DNA from: Candidatus Moraniibacteriota bacterium
GTDB taxonomy: Bacteria; Patescibacteriota; Minisyncoccia; Moranbacterales; UBA1568
Reading direction: 5' to 3'
DNA length: 64,000 nt
Assembly: GCA_016182385.1 (NCBI GenBank)
Contig: JACPGV010000002.1
Coordinates: forward strand, 189,190-253,189
Part shown: piece after piece, positions 40,486 to 50,946 of the stretch
Position numbering within the stretch: the first letter of the stretch is position 1
Layout of the letters: every line of letters starts with the position of its first letter
Program-made: the position numbers and the translations under genes
Notes under the pieces: generated by a model
Seen by the model: only the letters and a program-made list of their open reading frames with translations
What the model was told of the DNA's origin: nothing
The model's database searches: none

Positions 40486-40911
40486 ATGGCTAAAGCAGTA
40501 AAAACCGTTATTAAATTGCAGATTGCCGCTGGGAAAGCCAATCCGGCTCCTCCGGTTGGTCCGGCGCTTGGACAACACGGTCTTAATATTCAGGATTTTT
40601 GTACGAAGTTCAATGAGGCATCCAAAGATCGAATGGGTGAGATTGTTCCGGCGGAAATTACTGTATATGAAGATCGTACGTTTTCTTTTGTACTCAAAAC
40701 TTCTCCGGCTTCCGATCTCTTGAAAAAGGCGGCAAAAATTGAGAAGGGCGCTGGTAATCCGTTGAAAGACAAGGCGGGCACGGTAACCAAAGCACAGGTA
40801 CGAGAGATTGCCGAAAAGAAAATGGCCGATCTTAATGCGAATGATGTGGAGATGGCTATGCGGATTATTGAAGGTTCAGCGCGTTCGATGGGAATTAAAG
40901 TGGTGGAATAA
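40486..40911 (+). CDS. rplK: 50S ribosomal protein L11
   Basis: [15 protein letters not shown]. Confidence 0.98.
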   Translation: MAKAVKTVIKLQIAAGKANPAPPVGPALGQHGLNIQDFCTKFNEASKDRMGEIVPAEITVYEDRTFSFVLKTSPASDLLKKAAKIEKGAGNPLKDKAGTVTKAQVREIAEKKMADLNANDVEMAMRIIEGSARSMGIKVVE

Positions 40912-40929
40912 TTTTATTTAATAATTATT

Positions 40930-40978
40930 GTGGGAGTTTGTTGTTTACGAGGAGGCAAAGAACAGGCGTTTGTACCAC
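40930..40978 (+). promoter_or_regulatory. Putative L1-binding autoregulatory RNA element between rplK and rplA
   Basis: GTGGGAG...TACCAC closing stem just upstream of the rplA start. Confidence 0.55.
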
Positions 40979-40988
40979 GAACAAGAGT

Positions 40989-41678
40989 ATGAAATACGGT
41001 AAAAAATATCGGGGCGTTATTGCTAAAGTTGAAGAGAAAAAGGAATACAGTCCGGAAGAGACTTTCGCGTTTCTTTTGGAGAACAAAACGGCAAAATTTG
41101 ATGAGTCTGTTGAGGTGCATATTCGTTTGGGTATCAATACCAAGAAATCTGATGAGATGGTGCGTGCGACTGTTATTTTGCCCCATGGCACCGGCCGAGC
41201 TCAGAAAGTAGCCGTAGTAACGATGACAAAGGAAAAGGAAGCGGCGGAAGCGCAAGCGGATCTTGTTGGCGGTGAGGAGCTTATAGCTGATATCAAAAAT
41301 GGCAAGGTGGTTCCTGGTGTCGGGTTTAGCGTGCTTTTGGCAACGCCGGAAATGATGCCGAAACTTGCGGTTATCGCGAAGATTTTGGGTCCGAAGGGTA
41401 TGATGCCTTCTCCGAAAACAGAAACGGTAACACCGAAAATCAAAGAGGCCGTCGAAATGCTCAAGAAAGGAAAAAAAGTAAGTTTTAAAAATGATGATAC
41501 GGGTAATGTGCATCAGGTAATCGGCAAACTTTCTTTTTCCTCCGAAGCATTACACGAAAATTATAAGACCTTTCGTGAGGCCTTGGATAAGGCTAGACCG
41601 GAAAATATGAAGGGGAAGTTTATCAAATCTATCACTGTATGCTCAACGATGGGCCCGGGTCTTTCCGTGAAAATCTAA
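40989..41678 (+). CDS. rplA: 50S ribosomal protein L1
   Basis: KFDESVE, LPHGTG, LGPKGMMPSPK, STMGP. Confidence 0.97.
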   Translation: MKYGKKYRGVIAKVEEKKEYSPEETFAFLLENKTAKFDESVEVHIRLGINTKKSDEMVRATVILPHGTGRAQKVAVVTMTKEKEAAEAQADLVGGEELIADIKNGKVVPGVGFSVLLATPEMMPKLAVIAKILGPKGMMPSPKTETVTPKIKEAVEMLKKGKKVSFKNDDTGNVHQVIGKLSFSSEALHENYKTFREALDKARPENMKGKFIKSITVCSTMGPGLSVKI

Positions 41679-41733
41679 TTATGAAAACAGGCCTTTTGGT
41701 CTGTTTTTCTCACGCGCTTTTCTATTTAGGTTT

Positions 41734-42294
41734 ATGATTCTCTCAGATCGTGACATTAAGAAAGAAATAAGAAACGGCGAAATAACGCTCAAGCCATTTA
41801 AGCCGGAATATGTACAGCCGGCAAGCATTGATCTTCATCTTGATAAACATTTTCTCATTTTTGACACAACGAGAAACTTTGTTATTGATCCGAAGAGTCC
41901 TACAAAGAACCTCATGAAGGCCGTGGAAATAAGAAAAGATGAACCATTTATTCTTCATCCGAATGAGTTCGCGCTCGGTCTTATTTATGAAGAGACGGGT
42001 GTATCCGACAAAGTCGTTGGTCGACTCGAGGGAAAAAGTTCGCTTGGCCGTCTCGGTCTTATTATCCATACGACTGCGGGGTATCTTGATCCGGGGAATT
42101 CGCTCAAGATGACACTCGAGCTTTATAATGCTGGTAAGCTTCCTATTAAGCTTTATTACAAAATGCCCATTGGACAGATGGCGTTTGAATATCTTTCTTC
42201 GCGTTGCGAGCGCCCGTACGGCTCTAAAGGCCTCAACAGTAAGTATCTCGGCGATAAAAAGCCAGAGGCTTCCAAGATGCATTTGAATTTTTAG
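41734..42294 (+). CDS. dcd: dCTP deaminase
   Basis: MILSD, QPASIDL, GKSSLGRLG, TAGYLDPG. Confidence 0.95.
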   Translation: MILSDRDIKKEIRNGEITLKPFKPEYVQPASIDLHLDKHFLIFDTTRNFVIDPKSPTKNLMKAVEIRKDEPFILHPNEFALGLIYEETGVSDKVVGRLEGKSSLGRLGLIIHTTAGYLDPGNSLKMTLELYNAGKLPIKLYYKMPIGQMAFEYLSSRCERPYGSKGLNSKYLGDKKPEASKMHLNF

Positions 42295-42351
42295 TTGGGA
42301 TATGAGAAAATGCCCTATACGGAGGATTTTCGTTCTTTTAAGGAGAAAGAT

Positions 42352-43269
42352 ATGCGACAGTATTTGGATCTTTTGAAACACATTATGGATACCGGCGCGG
42401 TGAAAACCGATCGGACCGGTGTAGGAACGAAGAGCGTGTTTGGCTATCAGATGCGTTTTGATCTTTCGGAAGGATTTCCGCTTCTGACGACTAAGAAGAT
42501 GTTTGTTCGTGGCATTATTGAGGAGCTTATTTGGTTCTTGAATGGTGATACGAATTTGAAGTATCTTGCCGATCGCGATGTGCACATCTGGGATTCATGG
42601 CCATATAAGGCGTATTTACAAAAAATCGGACAACCAGTGCCGTCGAACGACTCTGAAGAATGGAATACGGGAATGATAGCATTTCTCGGAAAGATTAAAT
42701 CAGATGAGGCGTTTGCTCGTGAGTACGGTAATTTGGGACCGATCTATGGCTATCAGTGGCGCAGTTGGCCAGCGCCGGACGGACGACACATCGATCAAAT
42801 AACGGATGTGATTGAACAACTTCGGAAATCGCCCGATTCGCGGCGAATGGTTGTGTCGGCGTGGAATGTGGCTGACATTGGTGAGATGGCCAAAGCAGGT
42901 CTGCCGCCGTGTCATTGTCTTTTTCAGTTTTACGTGGCGAATGGGAAATTATCGTGTCAGCTTTATCAGCGGAGCTGTGATACGTTCCTTGGTGTGCCGT
43001 TCAATATCGCGTCCTACGCGCTTCTTACGATGATGATGGCACAGGTATGCGATCTGGAGCTTGGCGAATTTGTTTGGACGGGCGGTGATGTACATGTTTA
43101 CGGCAACCACTTTGAACAAACGAAACTCCAACTTTCGCGCGAGCCATTGCCACTTCCGAAGATGAGACTCAATCCGGAAGTGAAGGATATTTTCGCATTT
43201 ACCATCGATGATTTTACGCTCGAAGGCTACCAGTCGCACGACGCTATAAAAGCCACTGTCGCGGTATGA
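42352..43269 (+). CDS. thyA: Thymidylate synthase
   Basis: DRTGVGT, LPPCH, YQRSCD, PFNIASY. Confidence 0.97.
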   Translation: MRQYLDLLKHIMDTGAVKTDRTGVGTKSVFGYQMRFDLSEGFPLLTTKKMFVRGIIEELIWFLNGDTNLKYLADRDVHIWDSWPYKAYLQKIGQPVPSNDSEEWNTGMIAFLGKIKSDEAFAREYGNLGPIYGYQWRSWPAPDGRHIDQITDVIEQLRKSPDSRRMVVSAWNVADIGEMAKAGLPPCHCLFQFYVANGKLSCQLYQRSCDTFLGVPFNIASYALLTMMMAQVCDLELGEFVWTGGDVHVYGNHFEQTKLQLSREPLPLPKMRLNPEVKDIFAFTIDDFTLEGYQSHDAIKATVAV

Positions 43270-43503
43270 ACGCATCAGTTTTTACTCCCAAGAAAACCTT
43301 GGGAGTTTTTATACTCGTTTGTTCTCTCGGGAAGACGAACCAATTGCCCTCGCGTCAGTGACAGATCTGGCTAGGACCATGATGGTACCTGAGACAGGTT
43401 GGGCGGGAATCATATTTTGAGTATGTATCAGGATGTTTATAATAGCTGAGATCAATAAAATATTGTTTGAACGAATATGGAAAAGAGGCTACAATAAAAA
43501 AGT

Positions 43504-44001
43504 ATGGATACGTCACAACCTCGCATCAGTCTTATTTCCGCCATCGCTAAAAAGAATCGTGCTATTGGTAAGAGTAACGCGCTTTTGTGGCATATTCCGG
43601 AAGATTTTAAGCATTTTAAAGATCTTACAAGCGGACACACGGTTGTAATGGGGGAGAATACGTATTATTCTATCGGTCGACCGCTCCCCAATCGTATGAA
43701 CATTGTCTTGTCGCTCGATGACGGTTTCGCTCCGGAAGGGTGCGTGGTGGTTCGTTCTATTCAGGAAGCGCTTGATGTGGCAAAAAAATACGAAAGAGAA
43801 GAGATTTTTATTATTGGTGGCGCGAGTATTTATAAACAATTTATTCCGTTTGCTAATCGTTTGTATTTGACGCTTGTGGATGGAGAATATGAGGCGGACA
43901 CATTTTTTCCCGAATATGAAGAGTTTACGAAAATACTGGATAAAAAAGAATGTGATAATGGAAAATATCAATTTACTTTTGTAACGTTGGAACGGAAATG
44001 A
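43504..44001 (+). CDS. folA: Dihydrofolate reductase
   Basis: IGKSNALLWHIPEDFKHF, RPLPNR, IIGGA, DTFFP. Confidence 0.95.
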   Translation: MDTSQPRISLISAIAKKNRAIGKSNALLWHIPEDFKHFKDLTSGHTVVMGENTYYSIGRPLPNRMNIVLSLDDGFAPEGCVVVRSIQEALDVAKKYEREEIFIIGGASIYKQFIPFANRLYLTLVDGEYEADTFFPEYEEFTKILDKKECDNGKYQFTFVTLERK

Positions 44002-44564
44002 AGACCGATAAAAAAATTATTATAGGAATAACTGGCGAGATGGCCTCGGGCAAGGATACGGTAACGAAATATCTGGTAGAGAAATATAATGCCAGACAAT
44101 ATCGTTTTTCTGATTCTTTGCGCGATATTCTCGATCGACTGCATCTTCCTCAAATACGAAAACATTTGTCATCTCTTTCATATGCTTTACGTCAGGTTTT
44201 TGGTGAAGATATTCTCGCATATGTTATTGAGAACGATGCTCAAAAAGGGAAACATTCTCTTGTGGTTATCGACGGTATTCGTCGAGCGTTTGATATTGAA
44301 CGAATCAAAAAGATGTCAGAATTTACTCTAGTATACGTTGAAGCTGATATGGAGCGACGATACGAGAGATTGATTAAGCGTCGACAAAATGCGGATGATT
44401 CCACAAAGACTTTTGATGAATTTAAACAGGATCATTTGTTGGAAACGGAGGTCGCTGTGCCGTCCCTTCGTGTTGATGCTCAATATATTCTCAATAATGA
44501 TGGCACACTCAAACAATTGCATGAAAAAATAGATAAGATGATGGAAGAACTCAAAACCAAGTAA
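43998..44564 (+). CDS. P-loop nucleotide kinase (dNMP/dephospho-CoA kinase-like)
   Basis: GITGEMASGKDT, VIDGIR, NNDGT. Confidence 0.8.
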   Translation: MKTDKKIIIGITGEMASGKDTVTKYLVEKYNARQYRFSDSLRDILDRLHLPQIRKHLSSLSYALRQVFGEDILAYVIENDAQKGKHSLVVIDGIRRAFDIERIKKMSEFTLVYVEADMERRYERLIKRRQNADDSTKTFDEFKQDHLLETEVAVPSLRVDAQYILNNDGTLKQLHEKIDKMMEELKTK

Positions 44565-44575
44565 ACAATTTTTTT

Positions 44576-45169
44576 ATGACGGGGAAGATGATCGCATTTT
44601 ACGGTATCAACGGTATCGGCAAGACAACGCAGACGGAGCTTTTGGTGGAATATCTTCGTTCGCGGGGCATATCGGCGAGTCGGCTGAAATATCCGGTATA
44701 TGATCTTGAACCGGAGGGGCCGTTCATCTATAAGTATCTGCGCGATGCGGAATTTCGGTTGAAAAATGAGCTCTCGACGGAAGATTTGCAGAAAAAATAT
44801 GCCGATAACCGCAAGCGGTACGAGCCGGAGCTCCTAAAGCGTTTGGAAACGGGGGAATGGATTGTGGCGGAAGATTATACCGGCACCGGTATCGCGTGGG
44901 GGCTCTCGTGGGGAGCGGACCTTTCGTATCTTGAGGATATCAATAAGAATCTTCATCGGCCGGATCTCGATATTCTTATGGACGGAGAGCGTTTCGATAC
45001 CGCAATCGAGGTTGGACACAGAAATGAGACGAATGATGAGCGTATCCGGATTTGTCGGAATTTTCATCTGTTGCTCGGCGCACGATACGGTTGGAAGCGG
45101 GCGGATGCCAATCAAAGTATTGAACAAGTAAAAGAAGATATTTTAATTCTTATAAAGGAAGTTTTATGA
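44576..45169 (+). CDS. tmk: Thymidylate kinase
   Basis: GINGIGKTTQ, KYP, EDY and PDL motifs; operon context. Confidence 0.85.
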   Translation: MTGKMIAFYGINGIGKTTQTELLVEYLRSRGISASRLKYPVYDLEPEGPFIYKYLRDAEFRLKNELSTEDLQKKYADNRKRYEPELLKRLETGEWIVAEDYTGTGIAWGLSWGADLSYLEDINKNLHRPDLDILMDGERFDTAIEVGHRNETNDERIRICRNFHLLLGARYGWKRADANQSIEQVKEDILILIKEVL

Positions 45170-45495
45170 ATTTTAACGAATATCAGGAACAATCGCGTGT
45201 GACGGCAAAGTATCCTCAAGTAGGAAACAATTTTGTTTATCCGACATTAGGATTATCCGGTGAAGCTGGTGAAGTGGCGGAAAAAATTAAAAAAGTTATT
45301 CGTGATAAAAACGGTATTGTCGACGATAATACAAAGGAAGAAATAAAAAAAGAATTGGGCGATGTGTTGTGGTATGTCGCGCAATTGTCTGCCGAGCTTC
45401 AGATATCTCTTGATGATGTCGCGCAGAGTAATCTCAAAAAGTTGTATGATAGAATGGAAAGAGATGTTCTTCATGGGGAGGGCGATAATCGATAA
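45166..45495 (+). CDS. MazG-like nucleotide pyrophosphohydrolase
   Basis: GEAGEVAEKIKK, ELGDVLWY. Confidence 0.9.
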   Translation: MNFNEYQEQSRVTAKYPQVGNNFVYPTLGLSGEAGEVAEKIKKVIRDKNGIVDDNTKEEIKKELGDVLWYVAQLSAELQISLDDVAQSNLKKLYDRMERDVLHGEGDNR

Positions 45496-45504
45496 AGTGT
45501 GTTT

Positions 45505-46983
45505 ATGAAATACGGTGTTACCATAGGCATGGAAGTGCACGCGGAGTTGAAAACCGACTCCAAGATGTTTTGCGCGTGTAAGAATGGATTGGGATTGGAG
45601 GCGGAGCCAAATACGCATATTTGTCCAGTGTGTACCGCTCAACCGGGAACTTTGCCGGTGCCTAATCGTCAAGCGATCGAATCGGTTCAACGAGTGGGAC
45701 TTGCTTTGGAATGCACGCTTCGGTTGCACTCGAAGTTTGATCGCAAGAATTATTTTTATCCAGATATTCCCAAAGGATATCAGATTTCTCAGTACGATGA
45801 ACCGTTTTGCGAGAAAGGAAAAATGAAAATAGACGGAAAGACCTTTGGTATTACACGCATTCATCTTGAGGAAGATACGGGAAAATCGATGCATCCCTCC
45901 GACGCAGATTATACGCTTGTTGATTTCAATCGTGCCGGTGTACCGCTTATGGAACTGGTGACAGAACCAGATTTCTCTACCGGTCGAGACGCGAGTCTCT
46001 TCTGTCAGAAATTGCGTCAGATATTGCGATATCTTGATGTATCGGATGCTGATATGGAAAAGGGGCAAATGCGTTGCGAGGTGAATATCTCATTATATTC
46101 TGAAGGAACTGATCGGCTTTCCGGTACAAAGGTGGAGATAAAAAATTTGAACTCTTTTCGAAGCGTGGAGCGGGCGATTGAGTATGAGATTACGCGACAA
46201 ACGGAAGTGCTTGAAAAAGGAGAAAAAGTTATTCAAGAAACACGTGGTTGGGACGAAGGAAAAAACGAAACCGTTTCTCAACGAAAAAAAGAATCGGCTC
46301 ATGATTATCGATATTTTCCAGAACCGGATATTCCGCCATTTACTTTTATTGAAGATGATATTGCCAAACTCCGACTTTCGCTTCCCGAATTACCTGATGT
46401 AAAATGTGATCGTTTTGTTCAAGAATACGCGTTGCCCGAAGCGGATATCATCATATTGACGGAAGAGAGGCTTTTGGCGGAGTATTTTGAAGCGGTGATG
46501 AGCGAGCTTGGAAATAAGGTGCAGGCCAAAGAAATTGCCACGCCTTTTGAACGTGTCGCCAAACTCGCCGCTAACTATATGTTGACGGAGTTGCGCAAAT
46601 ATCTTGCCGATAAGAATCAATCAATCGCGCACGTTCCAATTACGGCGGAAAACTACGCGGAATTTATCGGCATTGTGGCGGACGGGAAGATTAATTCGAG
46701 TGCGGCACAAATCGTGCTTGCGGAAATGTACAAGGGTGGTGATAATGACCCATCGCACATTGTGGAGAGATTGAATCTCGCACAAGTTTCAGATACCAAA
46801 ATATTGGAACAGGTTGTTGATCGAGTCCTTGCAATGAACACTCAATCCGTTGTTGATTATAAAGCGGGTAAACAAAACGCTTTGCAATATCTTATGGGAC
46901 AAGTAATGAAGGAGACAAAAGGAAAAGCGAACCCTCCCATGGTTATGGAATTGTTACGAGAAAAAATGAAAAACGGATCTTAG
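45505..46983 (+). CDS. gatB: Asp/Glu-tRNA amidotransferase subunit B
   Basis: GMEVH, FDRKNYFYPD, HLEED, DYRYFPEPD. Confidence 0.97.
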   Translation: MKYGVTIGMEVHAELKTDSKMFCACKNGLGLEAEPNTHICPVCTAQPGTLPVPNRQAIESVQRVGLALECTLRLHSKFDRKNYFYPDIPKGYQISQYDEPFCEKGKMKIDGKTFGITRIHLEEDTGKSMHPSDADYTLVDFNRAGVPLMELVTEPDFSTGRDASLFCQKLRQILRYLDVSDADMEKGQMRCEVNISLYSEGTDRLSGTKVEIKNLNSFRSVERAIEYEITRQTEVLEKGEKVIQETRGWDEGKNETVSQRKKESAHDYRYFPEPDIPPFTFIEDDIAKLRLSLPELPDVKCDRFVQEYALPEADIIILTEERLLAEYFEAVMSELGNKVQAKEIATPFERVAKLAANYMLTELRKYLADKNQSIAHVPITAENYAEFIGIVADGKINSSAAQIVLAEMYKGGDNDPSHIVERLNLAQVSDTKILEQVVDRVLAMNTQSVVDYKAGKQNALQYLMGQVMKETKGKANPPMVMELLREKMKNGS

Positions 46984-47064
46984 ATATCGCCGTCTCTATA
47001 CAAAAAGTGTTTTTTGGTATAGAATGTAACGTTGTTCTTTTATTTCATTTACATGGGGGTAAAT

Positions 47065-47562
47065 ATGACAATACGCATAAGCGCTATTGTGGTTGTGGAT
47101 TCAGAGAGAAGATTGGTTCGGGGACAAGATGGATTTCCTGGACAATCACCGAAAGAAAGACGACGGGTGAAAAAGCTTGTTAGCGGGCACGCTGTTCTTG
47201 TGGGTAAGGCTACCTACGAAAAGATGGCACTTGGAAACTTTTCTTTGCCAAAAGGTACCTTGCTTGTTGTTCTTACGAGTGATCGGAAGTTTAAGGCCCC
47301 GGGATGTGCGGTGGTTCGCTCTATTGGTGAGGCAGGTCTTTTTCTGCGGTCACGGAAAGGGATCAAAGAGATTTTTGTTATCGGAGGGAATTCGGTTTAT
47401 AGGCAGTTGTGGAAACATTTTGACCGTCTGTATCTTACTGTGACTTCCGATAAAGCGATATTTGACCAGCCATTGTTTCCGGAGTACGATGGCGATTTTC
47501 CAAAGGTAACAAAAAAGAAAAAAGAAAAAAATGGAACATTTTTTGTTCTGGAAAGGAAATGA
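47065..47562 (+). CDS. Divergent DHFR-fold paralogue
   Basis: ISAIVV, GHAVLVGKATY, IFVIGGNSVY, LYLT and FPEY motifs. Confidence 0.75.
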   Translation: MTIRISAIVVVDSERRLVRGQDGFPGQSPKERRRVKKLVSGHAVLVGKATYEKMALGNFSLPKGTLLVVLTSDRKFKAPGCAVVRSIGEAGLFLRSRKGIKEIFVIGGNSVYRQLWKHFDRLYLTVTSDKAIFDQPLFPEYDGDFPKVTKKKKEKNGTFFVLERK

Positions 47563-47670
47563 TCGGATGTCGTGTAAAAGGGTTCAGGCTGAAAATAAGC
47601 ATGAACCTTTTATTTTTTGTGATTTTTTTGAAAATAAAACGTAATCCGAAATGATGGTTGTTGGCTCGGG

Positions 47671-48579
47671 TTACATTTTGGAAATGAGGCTCTCGGCTTT
47701 TTTTGGGTCGGAGATCCAGTGAATTGCAAGACCGGAGCGTTCCAAGCGACGGAGGAAGGTGAGCTGGCGTTTGGCGTATCGGCGAATTTCCATTTCCAGC
47801 TGTTTTTTCATTTCTTCGAGGGCTAACCTTTTTTGTAAAAAAAGTGAAACGAATCTATATTCTAATCCGAAACTTTCCAGACGTTTAAAACTCACGCCGT
47901 TTTTGCGAAGCGTTTCGACCTCCTCGATCATTCCCTGCGCGAATCTTTTGTCCAGACGGAGGTTGATATTTTTGTGCAGTGTTTCTTGTGGCGGTACAAG
48001 CGCGATAACGAGGCATTCTTTGTTGATCGTTGATCGTTGATTACTGGTAAGTGGGGGAACTTTTCCAAGAAATTCAATTATTTCGAGAGCTCGTATGAGG
48101 CGCACTTTATTGTACTGGTCGATGGTTGCGGCACGCGCTGGATCTTCTTGTTTAAGCATCAAGAAAAGTTTTTCCGTCGAGAGTTTCTCGAGTTTTTTTC
48201 GAAGAGCGGGAATCGGCTTTACTTTGGGAAAATTTTTTTCAAAAAGCAGAGCCTCAACCCAGAATCCCGTACCGCCACAAATAATTGCAAGTTTTCTTCT
48301 TTTTTGTATATGAGCAATTATTTTTTTGGCATCGCGAATAAAATGAGTGACATTATAGCTTCGTTTTGGACTGGCGACGTCAAGAAGCCAATGACGAACA
48401 AGCTCTTGTTCGTTTTTTGTTACTTTTCCTGTGCCGATATCCATTCCGCGATATACCTGCCGACTGTCAGCGGAGATGATTTCACCGTCATATTTTTGTG
48501 CCAGAGCAATGGCTAAATCCGACTTTCCCGAAGCCGTCGGCCCGACAATAACGATGGTTTTCCGAAGAGGTTGCTTCAT
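47671..48579 (-). CDS. miaA: tRNA dimethylallyltransferase
   Basis: GPTASGKS, SADSRQVY, GGTG, YAKRQ. Confidence 0.96.
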   Translation of the reverse strand: MKQPLRKTIVIVGPTASGKSDLAIALAQKYDGEIISADSRQVYRGMDIGTGKVTKNEQELVRHWLLDVASPKRSYNVTHFIRDAKKIIAHIQKRRKLAIICGGTGFWVEALLFEKNFPKVKPIPALRKKLEKLSTEKLFLMLKQEDPARAATIDQYNKVRLIRALEIIEFLGKVPPLTSNQRSTINKECLVIALVPPQETLHKNINLRLDKRFAQGMIEEVETLRKNGVSFKRLESFGLEYRFVSLFLQKRLALEEMKKQLEMEIRRYAKRQLTFLRRLERSGLAIHWISDPKKAESLISKM

Positions 48580-48582
48580 AAA

Positions 48583-49404
48583 TCAATCTAACGGACTCTT
48601 GATTCTTTTTAGATTCGGATGAGTCACTTTTGTGTAGAGTTGTGTGGTTCGTATATTGCTGTGTCCGAGGAGCTCTTGCACATAGCGTACGTCGACGCCG
48701 TTTTCGAGCAGGTGAGTGGCGAAACTATGTCGTAGAGAATGGAAAGTCGCGTCTTTTTTGATCTCTGCGGCCTCGAGCGCTTTTTCAAAGACGATCTGTG
48801 CTGTTCGTTCAGTCAATTTCCCACCCCGAGCGCTTTCAAAAATATAGTCATCTTTTTCACGAAGTACTATAATTTCAGCGAGGGCCAACTTCAATTTTTC
48901 AGGGAAAACAGTGATTCTATCCTTCTTTCCTTTGGCGTCTTTGATATGGATGGTGAGTTCTTCCAGATTGATATCTTTGATTTTGAGATTGATTGCTTCG
49001 CTCACTCGTAGACCGGCACCATAAGACAGAGAAATAATCAGTTGATGTTTTTTATTATTTATAACATCGATAATTTTTTCAATTTCTGTTCGTGACAGCA
49101 CCACTGGCAACTTGTTGGATGTTTTAGCGAATTTCAAATCAACAAGGACACTACTTTTGAAAATTTCACGATAGAAATATTTGATGGCATTGAGGTAGAG
49201 ATTGATAGTTTGAGGGGATTGTCCGCGCGCTTGTTTTTCCAGCAGATATGTTTTGATGCGCGATATATCCGGATTTCTCTTGACATCCTTGATATATCGA
49301 AAATAATCAGACAGGCAAACCAGATAACCTTTCACGGTTTTTTGGCTGTAGTTTTTGAGCTTCAGTTCGCCTTCTATCCGCTGTAAAAGTTCTTGAAGAT
49401 TCAT
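48583..49404 (-). CDS. Tyrosine recombinase (SAM-like N-domain; integron-integrase-like but lacking the IntI insertion)
   Basis: YGAGLRVSE, KGKKDR, HSLRHSFATH, LLGHS and TTQLY catalytic residues. Confidence 0.9.
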   Translation of the reverse strand: MNLQELLQRIEGELKLKNYSQKTVKGYLVCLSDYFRYIKDVKRNPDISRIKTYLLEKQARGQSPQTINLYLNAIKYFYREIFKSSVLVDLKFAKTSNKLPVVLSRTEIEKIIDVINNKKHQLIISLSYGAGLRVSEAINLKIKDINLEELTIHIKDAKGKKDRITVFPEKLKLALAEIIVLREKDDYIFESARGGKLTERTAQIVFEKALEAAEIKKDATFHSLRHSFATHLLENGVDVRYVQELLGHSNIRTTQLYTKVTHPNLKRIKSPLD

Positions 49405-49506
49405 AAATAGAGTGCTAACATGCGAGTGTACTCACGAAGATAAGTGTAGTATATGTTCGCACAATAGACAAGATAATGATGTTTATAAGTAAACATTACG
49501 CATAAA

Positions 49507-49653
49507 ACCGAGTTCTGCGACATCGCTTCGCTCGTCGCAGAATGGGCGGCGGCTTCGCCTCGTTCCGCTCGTCGCTTCGCGACATCGCAGAACTCGGTAT
49601 ATCCAAAATGTCTGTCGCCGAGCAAGGCTCGACTCCACCCACTTCGGATATAC
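49507..49653. repeat. attC-like imperfect palindromes
   Basis: ACCGAGTTCTGCGA (49507) / TCGCAGAACTCGGT (to 49598); GTATATCC / GGATATAC (49597..49653). Confidence 0.55.
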
Positions 49654-49848
49654 GCAATTCAAAAAATATTTTTCTAACGGAGAATAAGGAATGATAGGCT
49701 TTCAAAGGAGAATAAATTTGATTTTTTCTTTATTTAAAGAGGGGGATAATAATGTGTTTTCTCCACTCCGTTCCGAAAACGATTTATTTATAAATCAATT
49801 TGAATAGTATAAAATAAATGAGCTTTATTAAATTAAATTTGGTGAAAT

Positions 49849-50649
49849 ATGTATAAAAGTATTTTTATAGTGAAAAAGATGGACTGTCCATCTGAAAAAA
49901 GTCTGATTGAAATAAGACTTGGTTCAATTCAAACAATTAAAAAACTTGATTTTGACCTTGATAAAAGAAAACTCACTGTTTTTCATTTAGAAAAAGATGA
50001 AAAAATTGGAAAGTATTTAGATGAGCTGAAATTAGATTCTAAACTTGAGAAAACTATTAAACTTCAAGATAAAAATAATGAATTTGTAGACGATTCTCAA
50101 AGTCAGAAAAAACTTCTAAAAACCGTTCTTTATATTAATTTCGGATTTTTTCTCTTTGAAATAGTTGCTGGGATTATCGCAAATTCGATGGGGCTTGTTG
50201 CAGATAGCTTGGACATGCTTTCAGACTCAATAGTTTATTCAATTAGCCTTTTTGCTGTCGGTGGGAGCATTCTTCTTAAAAAGAAAGTTACAAAACTCGC
50301 GGGATCTTTTCAAATGCTTCTTGCAGTAATTGGATTTATTGAAGTATTAAGGAGATTTTTGGGATTTGAAAAAATGCCTGATTTTATCTCAATGATTGGT
50401 GTAGCAAGTCTTGCGTTTATTGCAAATATGTATTGCTTATATTTATTTAATAAATCAAAAAGTGAAGACGCTCATATGAAAGCAAGCTGGATTTTTACAT
50501 CAAACGATTTAATAGTAAACATAGGAGTCATAATTTCAGGATTTTTAGTTTATCTTTTTAACTCAAGTAAACCAGACTTAATAATTGGAGGTATTGTATT
50601 TATTGTAGTGATTAATGGTGCAATAAAGATTTTAAAATTATCCAAATAA
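49849..50649 (+). CDS. Cation diffusion facilitator-type metal transporter with N-terminal metal-binding domain (putative cassette)
   Basis: MDCPSE motif, SMGLVADSLDM, SND, PDLIIG; AT-rich. Confidence 0.85.
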   Translation: MYKSIFIVKKMDCPSEKSLIEIRLGSIQTIKKLDFDLDKRKLTVFHLEKDEKIGKYLDELKLDSKLEKTIKLQDKNNEFVDDSQSQKKLLKTVLYINFGFFLFEIVAGIIANSMGLVADSLDMLSDSIVYSISLFAVGGSILLKKKVTKLAGSFQMLLAVIGFIEVLRRFLGFEKMPDFISMIGVASLAFIANMYCLYLFNKSKSEDAHMKASWIFTSNDLIVNIGVIISGFLVYLFNSSKPDLIIGGIVFIVVINGAIKILKLSK

Positions 50650-50827
50650 GGAGTTTTGAAAAATGAAATTCACCCCTAACCCCTCTTTCATTTTTCAAAA
50701 CGGAAAAAATCAAATTTATAATTAATGAGGAAAGCCTATCTGATAAATGAAGACGAAAAATATTTTTTGAACTCACTCCGCTTCGCTCCGTGCCACGCTG
50801 CGCTCTCCTCCTTTCAGTCGTCGGGGC

Positions 50828-50920
50828 GTATAACAGCGGATATGAGGTTCGCCCCTCGGCTCGGGGCTCACCCAAATTGCTCCCTACGGTCGCAACTTCT
50901 CATATCCGCAAACGTTATAT
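50828..50920 (+). mobile_element. attC-like recombination site
   Basis: TATAAC...GTTATA outer boxes; inner GCGGATATGAG/CTCATATCCGC stem; next ORF starts 27 nt later. Confidence 0.7.
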
Positions 50921-50946
50921 GAAATAAATTTTTTTACTACAACCAT

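Noticed and set aside
41743-42585. Long antisense ORFs (this one, and others such as 45253..46068 and 59970..60722)
   Set aside because: They are shadow frames opposite well-supported housekeeping genes and have no motifs of their own.
43266-43420. Short ORF ([31 protein letters not shown]) or structured RNA between thyA and folA
   Set aside because: The GKTNQLP resemblance to a DHFR N-terminus is too short, and I could not identify a riboswitch consensus by eye.
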